A stretch of 64,000 nucleotides of DNA, taken from assembly GCA_017883235.1 (NCBI GenBank), contig JADGNY010000004.1:14161-78160 (forward strand), given 5' to 3'. The notes under the pieces were generated by a model that was not told the origin of the DNA, ran no database searches, and saw only the letters and a list, made by a program, of their open reading frames with translations. The stretch's first letter is position 1. Every line of letters starts with the position of its first letter. Below, in pieces: positions 41,809 to 51,378 of the stretch. The DNA is from Thermoanaerobaculia bacterium. GTDB lineage: Bacteria > Acidobacteriota > Thermoanaerobaculia > Gp7-AA8. A program made the position numbers and the translations under genes.

Positions 41809-43236
41809 TTAGTTGGTGCAGGCGTCGCCGTAGTTAGTGTTCGTGCGCCCATCAAATGCGATGTGGAAGTGGTTCGGAACGCCGCCGTTCGGGGCGATCG
41901 ACGATGCCGGTTCGACCCATCCGCCGGCCGCATTTCCCGCTACCGCGAGAGCATTCCAGATATTACAGTCATGCGTGCCCGAACTGTTCCGCACGCTCAG
42001 ATCAACCGCCGTCCCGTACGTGTGGTCGCCGCATGGCGTCGCGCTGTTCGCGCCCGGTATGCGGTAGCCGGCGCCGTTGCCTGGGTCGGACAACCCCGGA
42101 ATTGTCACGGTCCGTGCCATGGCGCCGAGGCCCGACACGAGAGCGGAATCGACGAGCACGTAGCTGGCCGACGGGGACTGGAAATCGGCGAACGAGAAGT
42201 AGTTCTGCAGACCGCTGCTGCCATATCCCGTACTATCGAGGAACTGGCTCGCGTCGGGAACGGGCGAGCAGGGTTGGTTGGCGTACAGATCGCGCTGTTG
42301 CTGCTGTGGCGTTTTCGGCGGCGGTGGGGTCGTCCCGCCAGTCCCGCCACCCGGCGGGGTCGTGGTACCACCGCCGCTATCGCAGTACGTCAGATACACG
42401 TCCGCGTTGCAGACGCTTCCGCCGGCGTAGTCCCAACAACTATCGAATTCGGTATAGCCGCACACCACCATCATCTCCGCATGCGGACCGACGCTCGTGC
42501 TCCGCACGGTCGCGTCGGCTCGGAGGATTCCAAATGAAGCGTGGCTGCCGGAGGCATCGTTGGTCCAGATGCTTTCGATGCCGTCAATGAAGGGGATGTC
42601 CGCTGCGAGCTGCACCGCTCCGGTGGACGTGACAATGAGGCGTGATGGGACGAGCTGGGCGAGCCGGCCGCTGGCACCGAGTGGCAGGTCGATGTCCCAC
42701 AGGACCGGCGTGCCGTCCGCCTCGGCGACACGAACGCCGTCACCGATGGCGTGGTAGCGGAGGCTGATGCTCTTTCCGTGTGCGGGCAGCCGCACCTCGT
42801 TGGCCGATACCGTCTCCAAACCGGCCTGCCACCCGGGACTCAGGCCCAAATCGGTGGCATACGCATCAAGTACCACCGCCGGGTGCGCGAGCTGGCGGCC
42901 GTGCGCGAGAATAGTGCTGGAGGCTCGCTGCGCGCCGTGGGAGTCCATGACTTGTTGGGAAGCCGAGCCGTCCGGCAAGACGCTCGTCACGACTGTCCAG
43001 CGATTGAAGAATCGCATCGGCACGGCGTAGGGCGCCGCTGTCCAGTCGTAGGAGATGATGGGCTTCCCGGCCATGGTCACCTCGGTCACCTGACCGTCGC
43101 TATCACTCACGTAGGTAATGGTTGGCAACCCCGCGTACGCGAGTTGTCGCCTGACCCCGCTTCCGGGTTTACCGGCGAACGCCGCTGCCGCGAGGAACGC
43201 GGCGAGACACCCTGTTAGAACGCGCTTCTTCATCAA
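41809..43236 (-). CDS. Secreted protein with a C-terminal peptidase-M15/hedgehog-type zinc-binding domain (putative peptidoglycan DD/LD-peptidase-like).
   Basis: Signal peptide; Gly/Thr/Pro linker. C-terminus CGDHTYGTAVDL (H-x6-D) ... VPNHFHIAFD matches the H-x6-D / H zinc ligands of VanY/M15-like domains. Confidence 0.55.
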   Translation of the reverse strand: MMKKRVLTGCLAAFLAAAAFAGKPGSGVRRQLAYAGLPTITYVSDSDGQVTEVTMAGKPIISYDWTAAPYAVPMRFFNRWTVVTSVLPDGSASQQVMDSHGAQRASSTILAHGRQLAHPAVVLDAYATDLGLSPGWQAGLETVSANEVRLPAHGKSISLRYHAIGDGVRVAEADGTPVLWDIDLPLGASGRLAQLVPSRLIVTSTGAVQLAADIPFIDGIESIWTNDASGSHASFGILRADATVRSTSVGPHAEMMVVCGYTEFDSCWDYAGGSVCNADVYLTYCDSGGGTTTPPGGGTGGTTPPPPKTPQQQQRDLYANQPCSPVPDASQFLDSTGYGSSGLQNYFSFADFQSPSASYVLVDSALVSGLGAMARTVTIPGLSDPGNGAGYRIPGANSATPCGDHTYGTAVDLSVRNSSGTHDCNIWNALAVAGNAAGGWVEPASSIAPNGGVPNHFHIAFDGRTNTNYGDACTN

Positions 43237-44119
43237 GAGTCCTCCTTCAAGATCTTTTGAAAGGCGGTTTTTGCCTTCCCAATCTAAGGAGTGACGTAGG
43301 GCATGAACTCTACACCCAAAATGTTACTGAAATTTGCACCAATGTTACTAAAATCTTCGGCTGACTGCGCTTCCGTGGACAATTCCGAAGAGTTCCGATT
43401 CAGCGACCGGTCGCCGCATCAACGCAGAACACGCCGCGAGAAGCTTCTCTCGCGTTCTCACCGACCCGAGGCCGCCTCTTCGCATCCGGAGGATGGTCGG
43501 CCGGCTGAGATCCGCCTTCCGCGACAGTCGGAGCGGTCGGATGCCGTGCGCGCGCATCCAGCGATCAAAGGGAGTTGTCGAATTCTGTTCCCATTACTTA
43601 CGCCGACGCTTTGGGGGCAGAGGATCGCGATGTGGAGCGTTCTCATCGGCATCCCCCCTCGACGCTCACAGCAGATGCTCCGGAGACTCCCGCACCGGGG
43701 CCATCGTGATACGGATCGTGGGCACGACGACCGTGTGCAGGGAGCGATCACCAGCCGGCCATCCCCATGCCAAGCGACAGCGCTTGCACCCGCGACCCAT
43801 GCCGCGGCGGCGCGAAGTGCTCCATGCGCAGGCTGATCCGCTCCGCTGGCGTCCACAACCAAATCGGCGGCGCAGGCGCAGCACCGGACGCCGCGGCGCT
43901 CACGAGAAATGCCGCTCCAAGCAATAAGTAGCGCATCGGTACCCGTCACCATCAATGGAGTGACGTCTCGTCTCGTTTTCCCACCCCACCCCAAAGGTTT
44001 CAAGCAAAGAGGCTAAAGTGGAAACTGCGTGTTTACTGCCGCCAGTTCGCGAGCGGGCGTGTGCGCACGCTGCCCAGAGGATCGGGAAATCCAAGGCACC
44101 GGCATCACACCAACCACCC

Positions 44120-44443
44120 TCAGCCCGTTTTCAACGGTCGGCACGCGTGCGCTGCCTCTTCGTGTTCTTCCTTCGTCCAGTCGCCCGGATATGGGATCAC
44201 GGACATGGCATCTTGTTCGCGGTACCCAAGCGCGACGCAACGATCGAGCGCTTCCTCAAGCGGCCTGGTGACACCCTCATGCGTGTTCCGTTGAACAAGG
44301 CGCTTCGCGGTCGTGAATACCTCGTACGCGTCGCGCCATTGCTTCGCGCGACAGAGGATCTCCGCGATGCACGACAGCACTTGGACAGCGTGCGGGTAGT
44401 TCGTGTTCGCAACGAAGGTTCGGGCGCAGGTGTTGAGCATCAC
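44120..44443 (-). CDS. Hypothetical protein, possibly a frameshifted gene fragment.
   Basis: 107-aa ORF. A second minus ORF (44277..44636) overlaps it in another frame, which suggests a decayed gene. No clear homolog. Confidence 0.25.
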   Translation of the reverse strand: MMLNTCARTFVANTNYPHAVQVLSCIAEILCRAKQWRDAYEVFTTAKRLVQRNTHEGVTRPLEEALDRCVALGYREQDAMSVIPYPGDWTKEEHEEAAHACRPLKTG

Positions 44444-44732
44444 GAGCGCGTCCGAGGCGCGCCCTGCCGATGCCCATATCCGTGCGCGGAGGAGTCGCGC
44501 TTCGGCGCGATCGACTTGGAGAATCGAGCTCTTCTAGCGTCTCTTCGAGCCCCTCTTCTCCACGCGAGAGGGGGGCAGTGGGTATCGAGGGCGTCTGGAT
44601 GCGATTGAGCTGCGAGAGGCTGCCCTGATTATTCATCTCCTAGGGGGTCGCGCGCTCGTACACCTCCGAGGTTCCGGTGGTCTCGTTCGCTTCAAACTGT
44701 CCTTCGGGGCGCGCCAGTGATGCTGACGAGCG

Positions 44733-45548
44733 ATGTCAGGCCCTTATACGGCCCTTCCTTACCTCTCACTCCGAAACGCGCGCTGTAGCAGCACTCAGAG
44801 CAGCACCAATAGCGGCGAAGAAAACAAGCCGCCAGATATGGCCGAGCAGCCCGATTCTCCAGGCGTTTTCAAGCGCCCACGCTATGGAAAGCCGATCGCC
44901 GCCGGTGTTCACGGCGAAAATTACGTCGTTGTCGACTACAGCGGCCACACCACCGCGAAACCGGTGCTGCACACGATCAGCGATGCCGGTGCCGTGGCGG
45001 ACACGCCCCTTCCGCAGATCGCCACGACGCGGGCCTCGGTAGATTCGGGCGATCAACTCAGCTTTCCCGCGGTCGTGGCATTCTCACCGGATAGAGTCCT
45101 CCTGGCCTGGCACTCGGAAGCTGACGCGCTCGAGTTCTTGCAGACCGGATACGACGGACATCCCGTTCAGGGTCAGACGGTCATTGATCCGAAAGTGGTG
45201 CAATCTTCCGGGCCATCTCGGGCGTACTGGAATGGCAGCGAATTTGAGATCGCCTACAGTCGTGGCCCATCGGACCTTTCCATCGCCCGCATCACTGCTG
45301 ACGGGACAGCCGTCAGCACGACACCATTCGTCCTGACGTCGCACGGCTACGATCCTGAATTCGCCACTGCGAGCGGCGCACAGATTATCGTCTGGCGTGA
45401 TGAAAGCGCGCGCGGCGGCCTCGTGAACAGCCCTGTCCCTCTCCCTGGCTTCGACATCATGGCCCGAACATTCGCGGGTTTTGATTCCCTGCTCGCGGCG
45501 CCCGATTCAGGGGAGTCTGATCTCGTGGTCCGGAATCGCGCAGACTGA
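44733..45548 (+). CDS. Repeat-containing secreted protein, N-terminal part (gene apparently split by a frameshift near 45480-45545).
   Basis: Repeated about 45-aa units of the type IIVWRDESARGG. The downstream ORF continues the same repeat pattern in another frame. Confidence 0.4.
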   Translation: MSGPYTALPYLSLRNARCSSTQSSTNSGEENKPPDMAEQPDSPGVFKRPRYGKPIAAGVHGENYVVVDYSGHTTAKPVLHTISDAGAVADTPLPQIATTRASVDSGDQLSFPAVVAFSPDRVLLAWHSEADALEFLQTGYDGHPVQGQTVIDPKVVQSSGPSRAYWNGSEFEIAYSRGPSDLSIARITADGTAVSTTPFVLTSHGYDPEFATASGAQIIVWRDESARGGLVNSPVPLPGFDIMARTFAGFDSLLAAPDSGESDLVVRNRAD

Positions 45549-46776
45549 TGTGAAGGTAGCACGCACCGGTGATCATGAAGTCGCGGTCTGGAGCGATCGA
45601 ACGGATCGGATCTTTGCGTACGTCGACGGGGTGCCGGTTTCAATCAACGGCGTACCCGTTTTGATCGCGCCTCGGCAAGCGGGAGGCTATGTCGAGCTAC
45701 CAGCCGTCGGATCGTCAAACCGCAACTTCCTCATCGTCTGGCACGACGGAGCGGGCCCGATGCTGGCGGAGCGGGTGGCATTTGACGGCCGGATACTCGA
45801 CAACCCACCGATCGTTCTCTCAGCCAACGCCGGTCCCCTCTATGTTTCAAACTCTATTTTCCCAATCACGCCAACCTCGATCGCCTCTGATGGGTCGACG
45901 TACCTTGTGAGCTGGTCGGAGTTTCCTTCATTTGGCGGGATCATCACCGCTCGCGTGGAAAATGACGGCACGATGCGCGGCTTAGTGGCTCTCAGCGAGG
46001 TAAAAGACGTTTACTATCGGGTGCTTAGACCGTACGCGCCACAGGTTTCGTGGACGGGAAACAACTTCTTTGTCGGCTACTCGCTTGCGTACCTCAACTG
46101 CACCCAGTTTTGCAAGCCGTGGTCGGCAATCGGAGGCACGGCTCTGGCCATGGACGGCCAGTTCTCACCAGCAAAACCGCCATCCGCGCTGTTCTATGAT
46201 TCGCCGGATCACGCGCCCCAAGCCCTCGCCTTCGGCGCTGGCAAGGTGACATTTGTCTGGTCGGCAACGTATTCACCCACAACGCAGTTTGTCATTGCCC
46301 AAACCACCGCTGACGGAACTCGAATTGCTGATCCGCGAGTGATTCTCTCTTTTTCATCGCTTTCGAGGTGCGCGGGCACGCCCACAATCGGATGGGATGG
46401 GACAGAGTTCGTCGTGGCGTGGATCGACCAGTGCGACGATGCCGTGCGAGCAGTTCGGCTCAATCAATTCGGGGACCCGATCGAGGCGCCATTCAACGTT
46501 GCCGCGGATGTCTATCCAGGGTTATTCGATCCCAGCGGCCCCAAACCCCCATTGATCGTCCCGACAGCCGACGGCGTCGTCATCGTCTACAGCCGCAACG
46601 ACGCCGCGAGCGGCGATGTGCCGCGAGCATTCGAGCGCTCGCTCGCCTCCCCCCCGCGCCGCCGCGGCGACGGCGCGCCGTCCAATGACCAGCGCGCGGA
46701 CGCTGCTCACCATGTTCAGAACGCTGCTCGCCACGTCCCTGCTCTTCGCTCTCCTCGATTCAGCGTTGGCCGCTGA
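45481..46776 (+). CDS. Repeat-containing protein, C-terminal part (continuation of the preceding ORF in a different frame).
   Basis: Units VAVWSDRTDRIF, LIVWHDGAGPM, LVSWSEFPSFGG, FVWSATYSPTTQF, VVAWIDQCDDA and VIVYSRNDAASGD. Its 3' 160 bp is tandemly duplicated at 46790..46948. Confidence 0.45.
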   Translation: MIPCSRRPIQGSLISWSGIAQTDVKVARTGDHEVAVWSDRTDRIFAYVDGVPVSINGVPVLIAPRQAGGYVELPAVGSSNRNFLIVWHDGAGPMLAERVAFDGRILDNPPIVLSANAGPLYVSNSIFPITPTSIASDGSTYLVSWSEFPSFGGIITARVENDGTMRGLVALSEVKDVYYRVLRPYAPQVSWTGNNFFVGYSLAYLNCTQFCKPWSAIGGTALAMDGQFSPAKPPSALFYDSPDHAPQALAFGAGKVTFVWSATYSPTTQFVIAQTTADGTRIADPRVILSFSSLSRCAGTPTIGWDGTEFVVAWIDQCDDAVRAVRLNQFGDPIEAPFNVAADVYPGLFDPSGPKPPLIVPTADGVVIVYSRNDAASGDVPRAFERSLASPPRRRGDGAPSNDQRADAAHHVQNAARHVPALRSPRFSVGR

Positions 46777-46967
46777 TCTTATCTACCGTCCCGTCGATTG
46801 TACCGACAGCTGATGGCGTGGTCATCATCTACAGCAGGAGCGATCCTGCCCACGGTGATGCGCTCCGGGCATTCGAGCGATCGTTGGCGCGCCTGCCGCC
46901 ATCGGTCCCACGGCGACGCCCGTCAAGTCACTGACCAGCACGCGGGAGGATACACTCACGCCCCCAC

Positions 46968-47411
46968 ATGAACATCGAGCTCCTTCGCGCCGACGTTTCC
47001 TCTCTCAAGGTCGACGCCATCATCAACCCGGCCTCGGCGAGCAAGCCGGTGGCGGATTTCGGGCCGGTGCCGGTCGGGCATGCGGTCGTCACCAGCGGCG
47101 GCAACGTCCTCTGCAAGTTCGTCATCCACGCCATCGTTCCGCGCAACGGTGACGGCGATGAAGACGCGAAGCTGCGCAACGCCATGTGGGCGGCCCTCAA
47201 ACGCGCCGAGGAGCTGGCCATTGCCTCGGTGGCCATGCCGCCGGTGCCGGGATCCTTCGGATTTGAACGGGGACGCTGCTCGCGCGTGCTGATATCGACC
47301 ACGCTAGACTTCCGGCCGCACGCACGTTCGTTGCAGCGCGTCGTCTTCTGCGCGTTCAGCGAGGAAGCCTACGGCGAGCTCAGGCTCGCGCTCGAGGAGC
47401 ACAAGGATTGA
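46968..47411 (+). CDS. Macro domain (ADP-ribose-binding/O-acetyl-ADP-ribose deacetylase-like) protein.
   Basis: DAIINPASAS...GHAVVTSGGNVLCKFVIHAIVP...AMPPVPGSFGF are macro-domain motifs. Confidence 0.8.
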   Translation: MNIELLRADVSSLKVDAIINPASASKPVADFGPVPVGHAVVTSGGNVLCKFVIHAIVPRNGDGDEDAKLRNAMWAALKRAEELAIASVAMPPVPGSFGFERGRCSRVLISTTLDFRPHARSLQRVVFCAFSEEAYGELRLALEEHKD

Positions 47412-48127
47412 TTCCTCCCGGACAGATCTTCGTCATCGGCGATTCACACATCGGACTGTCGGAAGGAAGCGAAACGCCGATTCTGACGTGGCTCGATCGC
47501 CTGGCCGCTTTGCGGCCGCGCGCGCTTTACCTCAACGGCGATCTCTTTCACTACCTCATCGCCCATCCGAAGTTCTATACGCAATCGGTGGCAAACGTCT
47601 TTGCCCGCTTCCGCGAGCTGCGCGACGGCGGCATGCCGATTCACTATGTCGAAGGGAACCGTGACTTCTTCATCCGGGGCTCGTTTGCCGAACAGTCAGT
47701 CACGAACGTGGCGACGGAGTACGCCGTCGATGCAGGCGAGCGGAAATACCTGATCATCCACGGCGACATGATCAACGATCGCGATCTGCCCTATCGCTTC
47801 TGGCGATTTGCTTCGAAGAATGCGGCCTCACGATTCGCGCTGCGGTTCATCCCGAAGAAAACCGCTCGGAAGTTCGTCGACAGCATCGAGGGCCGGCTGT
47901 CCGATTCAAACTTCAAACACAAAGCGCAGCTCCCCGTCAACCAGATGGCGGCCTACGCGCAGTCACGCGGGGTGGAAGGCTTCACCCACGTCGTCTTCGG
48001 CCATTTCCACGAGAAGTTCGTGCTGCCCGGCCAGACCACGGTCATGGTATTGCCGGCCTGGTACGAAACGGGGGAGGCGATGGCCATCGATCCTGAGTCT
48101 GGGGAGTTTTCATGGCTGAAAGTTTGA
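47408..48127 (+). CDS. lpxH: UDP-2,3-diacylglucosamine diphosphatase LpxH-like calcineurin-type metallophosphoesterase.
   Basis: IFVIGDSHIG, NGDLFHY, GNRDFF, IHGDMIND and FGHFHE are collinear with E. coli LpxH motifs. ATGA overlap with the upstream macro gene. Confidence 0.72.
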   Translation: MIPPGQIFVIGDSHIGLSEGSETPILTWLDRLAALRPRALYLNGDLFHYLIAHPKFYTQSVANVFARFRELRDGGMPIHYVEGNRDFFIRGSFAEQSVTNVATEYAVDAGERKYLIIHGDMINDRDLPYRFWRFASKNAASRFALRFIPKKTARKFVDSIEGRLSDSNFKHKAQLPVNQMAAYAQSRGVEGFTHVVFGHFHEKFVLPGQTTVMVLPAWYETGEAMAIDPESGEFSWLKV

Positions 48128-48139
48128 GAATCGGAAAAT

Positions 48140-48240
48140 CGGAATGTTGAATGCTGAATGTTAAGTGTTGAATGTTGAATGAAACGAATCACGAGCAGGC
48201 ATTCAACACTCAACATTGAACATTCAACATTCAACATTCG
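48140..48240. repeat. Long imperfect palindrome built from tandem TGTTGAATG 9-mers (AT-rich stem-loop).
   Basis: Left arm AATGTTGAATGCTGAATGTTAAGTGTTGAATGTTGAATG, 18-nt loop, right arm CATTCAACACTCAACATTGAACATTCAACATTCAACATT. About 85 % complementary arms of 39 bp. Confidence 0.7.
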
Positions 48241-48257
48241 CTTTTGACTCTCCAGAA

Positions 48258-49019
48258 ATGCGAGTCACCTTCCTCGGATCTGGCACCTCCACCGGCGTTC
48301 CCGTCGTCGGTTGCTCCTGTCACGTCTGCACGTCAGCCGATCCGCGGAACAAACGGCTGCGGCAGTCGGTGAAGATCGAGATGGCAGGGAAGTATTTTCT
48401 GATCGATACGTCGCCCGATCTGCGCCTGCAGCTTCTGAAGTTCCCGATCCCGCGGCTCGATTTCGTGCTCTTCACGCACTCGCATTCCGATCACATCATG
48501 GGCCTCGACGACATTCGCCCCTTCAACTTCCGGCAGCGCGAAGCCATCCAGGCATTTGCCAATCCGATGACGGCGGCGGCGATCCGGCGGGCGTTCAGCT
48601 ATATCTGGTCCGACTCGCAGATCGGCGGCGGCAAACCGCAGCTCGACCTGATCGAGATCGGCGGCCCGTTCGTACATGAGGGCATCGCCATCACCCCGTT
48701 GCCCGTCGAGCACGGCGACTGGACCATTCTGGGGTTTCGTATCGGCAACTTCGCCTACATCACCGATACGAACGGCATCCCGGACGCGACGATGCGGCTG
48801 CTGGAAGGCGTCGAGATTCTTGCCCTCGACGGCCTGCGCATCTCGCCGCGCCATCCGACACATTTCGTAATCGACGAAGCCGTCGCCGCCGCAAAGCAGA
48901 TCAACGCACGCGAGACATGGCTGATCCATCTGACACACGAGGTCGATCATGCGGCCGTCGAGGCGACGCTGCCTGCCGGGATACGGCTGGCGTATGACGG
49001 CCTGGTCCTGGAACTCTGA
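48258..49019 (+). CDS. MBL-fold metallo-hydrolase, PhnP-like (phosphodiesterase).
   Basis: MRVTFLGSGTSTGVPVVGCSCHVC...LFTHSHSDHIMGLDD is the PhnP/MBL signature. Confidence 0.8.
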   Translation: MRVTFLGSGTSTGVPVVGCSCHVCTSADPRNKRLRQSVKIEMAGKYFLIDTSPDLRLQLLKFPIPRLDFVLFTHSHSDHIMGLDDIRPFNFRQREAIQAFANPMTAAAIRRAFSYIWSDSQIGGGKPQLDLIEIGGPFVHEGIAITPLPVEHGDWTILGFRIGNFAYITDTNGIPDATMRLLEGVEILALDGLRISPRHPTHFVIDEAVAAAKQINARETWLIHLTHEVDHAAVEATLPAGIRLAYDGLVLEL

Positions 49020-49022
49020 ACG

Positions 49023-50306
49023 ATGAAATCGATCCCAAAACGCGACCACCTCAACGCCACGGTAACGGCCCCACCCTCCAAGTCCTACTCCGTTCGGGCG
49101 CTCCTCCTCGGCGCAATGTCCGAGGGAACGACCACGATTACAAATTGCCTCGATGCGGACGACACCCGCTACGCGCTCGAAGCGTTGAGGACGGTCGGAT
49201 TCCGCATCGACGGCGCATTCAAAACCGGCGTCGCCATCGGGCCGCGCGTCAGCATGTCGGCCAACGAGGTGCCGGTCTTCATCGGCAACGCCGGGACAGC
49301 GATGCGCTTTCTGACCGGATGGCTGGCCTTTACGCCGGGACGCTTCATTCTGCAAGGCGAGGCACGGATGCACGAGCGGCCGATCGGCGACTTGGTCGAG
49401 GTCCTGCGATCGATCGGCGCGGAGGTCGAGTATGTCGATCGCGAGGGATACCCGCCGCTGCGCATCCGAGGAAAAAAGATGCGGGGCGGTTTCGACGTCG
49501 CCATCGCAGCCGATACGTCGAGCCAGTTCGCCTCGTCGCTGATGATGGCCGGCGCTACGCTGCCGGACGGAATGACGCTGCGCCTGACATCGCTGGCCTC
49601 GGCGTCCTACCTCGACATCACCGCGTCGATCCTGACCGCATTCGGCGCCGACGTGCAGCGGCGCGGCAACATCGTCCACGTGAGCGCGGCGACGCTGCGG
49701 CGCGATGAGTACCATGTCGAAGGCGATTACTCGTCGGCCTCGTACTGGTTCGCTGCCGCGGCGGCAACGCGCGGCACGATCCGCGTTCGCGGCCTGGTGC
49801 ATCCCAGCGCGCAGGGCGACGCTTCCTTTCTCGACATCCTCGCGGCAATGGGCTGCACGGTGAATATTGCGGACGAGATCACCGTCACCGGAACGGAAGA
49901 GCTACGCGGTGGCCGCTTTGACTGCAACTCCTCCCCCGATCTCGTACCGACACTTGCCGCGATCGCGCCGCTCGCGTCGTCGCCGGTCGAGATCGTCAAC
50001 GTGGCCAACCTCCGCGTCAAAGAGTCGGACCGCCTGGCCACCGTGACGTCAGAGCTCCGCCGCCTCGGCGCGACGGTCGAAGAACGTCCCGACTCGCTGC
50101 TCATTCAGCCCGGCTGGTCGTCCGATCCGGCAAGCGATCCGGCAAGCGATCCGGCGATCATCGAGACGCATAACGATCACCGCATCGCCATGGCCTTCGC
50201 CATCGCCGGACTGGCGCGGGGCAACGTCACCATCGCCGACGAGCAGGTGGTATCGAAGTCGTACCCGCGGTTCTGGAAGACGTTGGATGAGCTCTTGTCG
50301 TCCTGA
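49023..50306 (+). CDS. aroA: 3-phosphoshikimate 1-carboxyvinyltransferase (EPSP synthase).
   Basis: KSYSVRALLLGAMSEGTTTI...GNAGTAMRFLTG...ESDRLA motifs. It contains an in-frame SDPASDPASDPA micro-repeat near the C-terminus. Confidence 0.93.
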   Translation: MKSIPKRDHLNATVTAPPSKSYSVRALLLGAMSEGTTTITNCLDADDTRYALEALRTVGFRIDGAFKTGVAIGPRVSMSANEVPVFIGNAGTAMRFLTGWLAFTPGRFILQGEARMHERPIGDLVEVLRSIGAEVEYVDREGYPPLRIRGKKMRGGFDVAIAADTSSQFASSLMMAGATLPDGMTLRLTSLASASYLDITASILTAFGADVQRRGNIVHVSAATLRRDEYHVEGDYSSASYWFAAAAATRGTIRVRGLVHPSAQGDASFLDILAAMGCTVNIADEITVTGTEELRGGRFDCNSSPDLVPTLAAIAPLASSPVEIVNVANLRVKESDRLATVTSELRRLGATVEERPDSLLIQPGWSSDPASDPASDPAIIETHNDHRIAMAFAIAGLARGNVTIADEQVVSKSYPRFWKTLDELLSS

Positions 50307-50363
50307 CCCTACTTCGGCAGGGGCATATCCGATGCATCCATTGCGCTTGCCGAAGGCGAACGG

Positions 50364-50813
50364 ATGGCTAGAATAGGCGCCATGCGCCCCCAACGTCCGG
50401 CAGTCGCGATCGCAATCGTGTTCCTGTTCCTGGTCACTGCTTCGATCCTGGCCTGCCACAGCCCGACGTCGCCAAGCGACTCGGCAACGGTCACCGAGCA
50501 CGGACGCCTCTCCGGTATCGTCACGATCGGCCCGAACTGTCCCGGGCCGGAGACGACCAATCCCTGTCCAACGCCGCCCTCGGCGTACGCCGCGCGCAAG
50601 ATCCTCATCTACAACGAGGCGAAGACCAATCTCCTCTTCACGGTCGACATCGATTCGCAGGGCGCCTACCTCATCGATCTCACGCCAGCGAGGTACACGG
50701 TCGATCTCAAGCCGAACGGCATCGATCACACGTCCGACCTGCCGCAGGTCGTCGAGATCAAGGCGAATATCGTCACGCGCATCGACGTGAACATCGATAC
50801 CGGCATCCGGTAG
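50364..50813 (+). CDS. Lipoprotein, hypothetical.
   Basis: 149-aa ORF with lipobox ASILAC; its stop is embedded in a reverse-oriented copy of the REP-like repeat. Confidence 0.5.
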   Translation: MARIGAMRPQRPAVAIAIVFLFLVTASILACHSPTSPSDSATVTEHGRLSGIVTIGPNCPGPETTNPCPTPPSAYAARKILIYNEAKTNLLFTVDIDSQGAYLIDLTPARYTVDLKPNGIDHTSDLPQVVEIKANIVTRIDVNIDTGIR

Positions 50814-50856
50814 GCCGGCACGGCCGGCGGCGTTGGTTGCCCAAGGCTCCGCCGCC
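50812..50856. repeat. REP-like repeat, core copy 3 (reverse orientation).
   Basis: AGGCCGGCACGGCCGGCGGCGTTGGTTGCCCAAGGCTCCGCC is the reverse complement of the repeat core. Confidence 0.7.
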
Positions 50857-50943
50857 ATTTCGTCAAAGGACAACCATGCCGCGCGCAGGACAACAAAAAG
50901 GCCGGCAGATACGCCGGCCTTGTTCGCCGTGGTCGCGTGAGAG

Positions 50944-51216
50944 CTAGGCTTTCAGGTGCTTGCTGACGAGAGCAGTCATCTCGAACATCGAGACCTGCTT
51001 CTTGCCGTTGAAGATCTTCAGCAGCTTGTCGTCTGCGTTGATCATCCGCTTGTTCGTCTTGTCCTGAAGGCCTTTGGCCTTGATGTAATCCCACACGCGC
51101 TTGGTGACTTCGCTGCGGGGAATCGGCTTGTCGCCGACGATTGCGGCCAGATCGCTGCTCGGGGTGACTTCGGCGGCCAGCCCTTTGCCGCCGCTTTTCT
51201 TGCTCGTTGTCGCCAT
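50944..51216 (-). CDS. SWIB/MDM2 domain protein.
   Basis: LAAIVGDKPIPRSEVTKRVWDYIKAKGLQDKTNKRMINADDKLLKIFNGKKQVSMFEMTALVSKHL matches the SWIB domain. Confidence 0.8.
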   Translation of the reverse strand: MATTSKKSGGKGLAAEVTPSSDLAAIVGDKPIPRSEVTKRVWDYIKAKGLQDKTNKRMINADDKLLKIFNGKKQVSMFEMTALVSKHLKA

Positions 51217-51378
51217 CAGTATTTCCTCTCCTACTACGTTTTCGCGCGATTGTGCGCTACTGCACTCTGCGCGTCAAACGGCGATTTTCGGTTGGTGTGC
51301 CGAAAGTCATGGTTGGCAGGCCGTCTTCCGGCACATGTGCATCTCCTGACCGCCGCCTAGATTGGGGGTGCAAAGGAG

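Noticed and set aside
43303-44003. ORFs 43303..43836 (+) and 43458..44003 (-) as genes.
   Set aside because: Both have Arg/Ser/Pro-rich low-complexity translations without domains or signal sequences, and they overlap each other. Typical spurious GC-rich frames.
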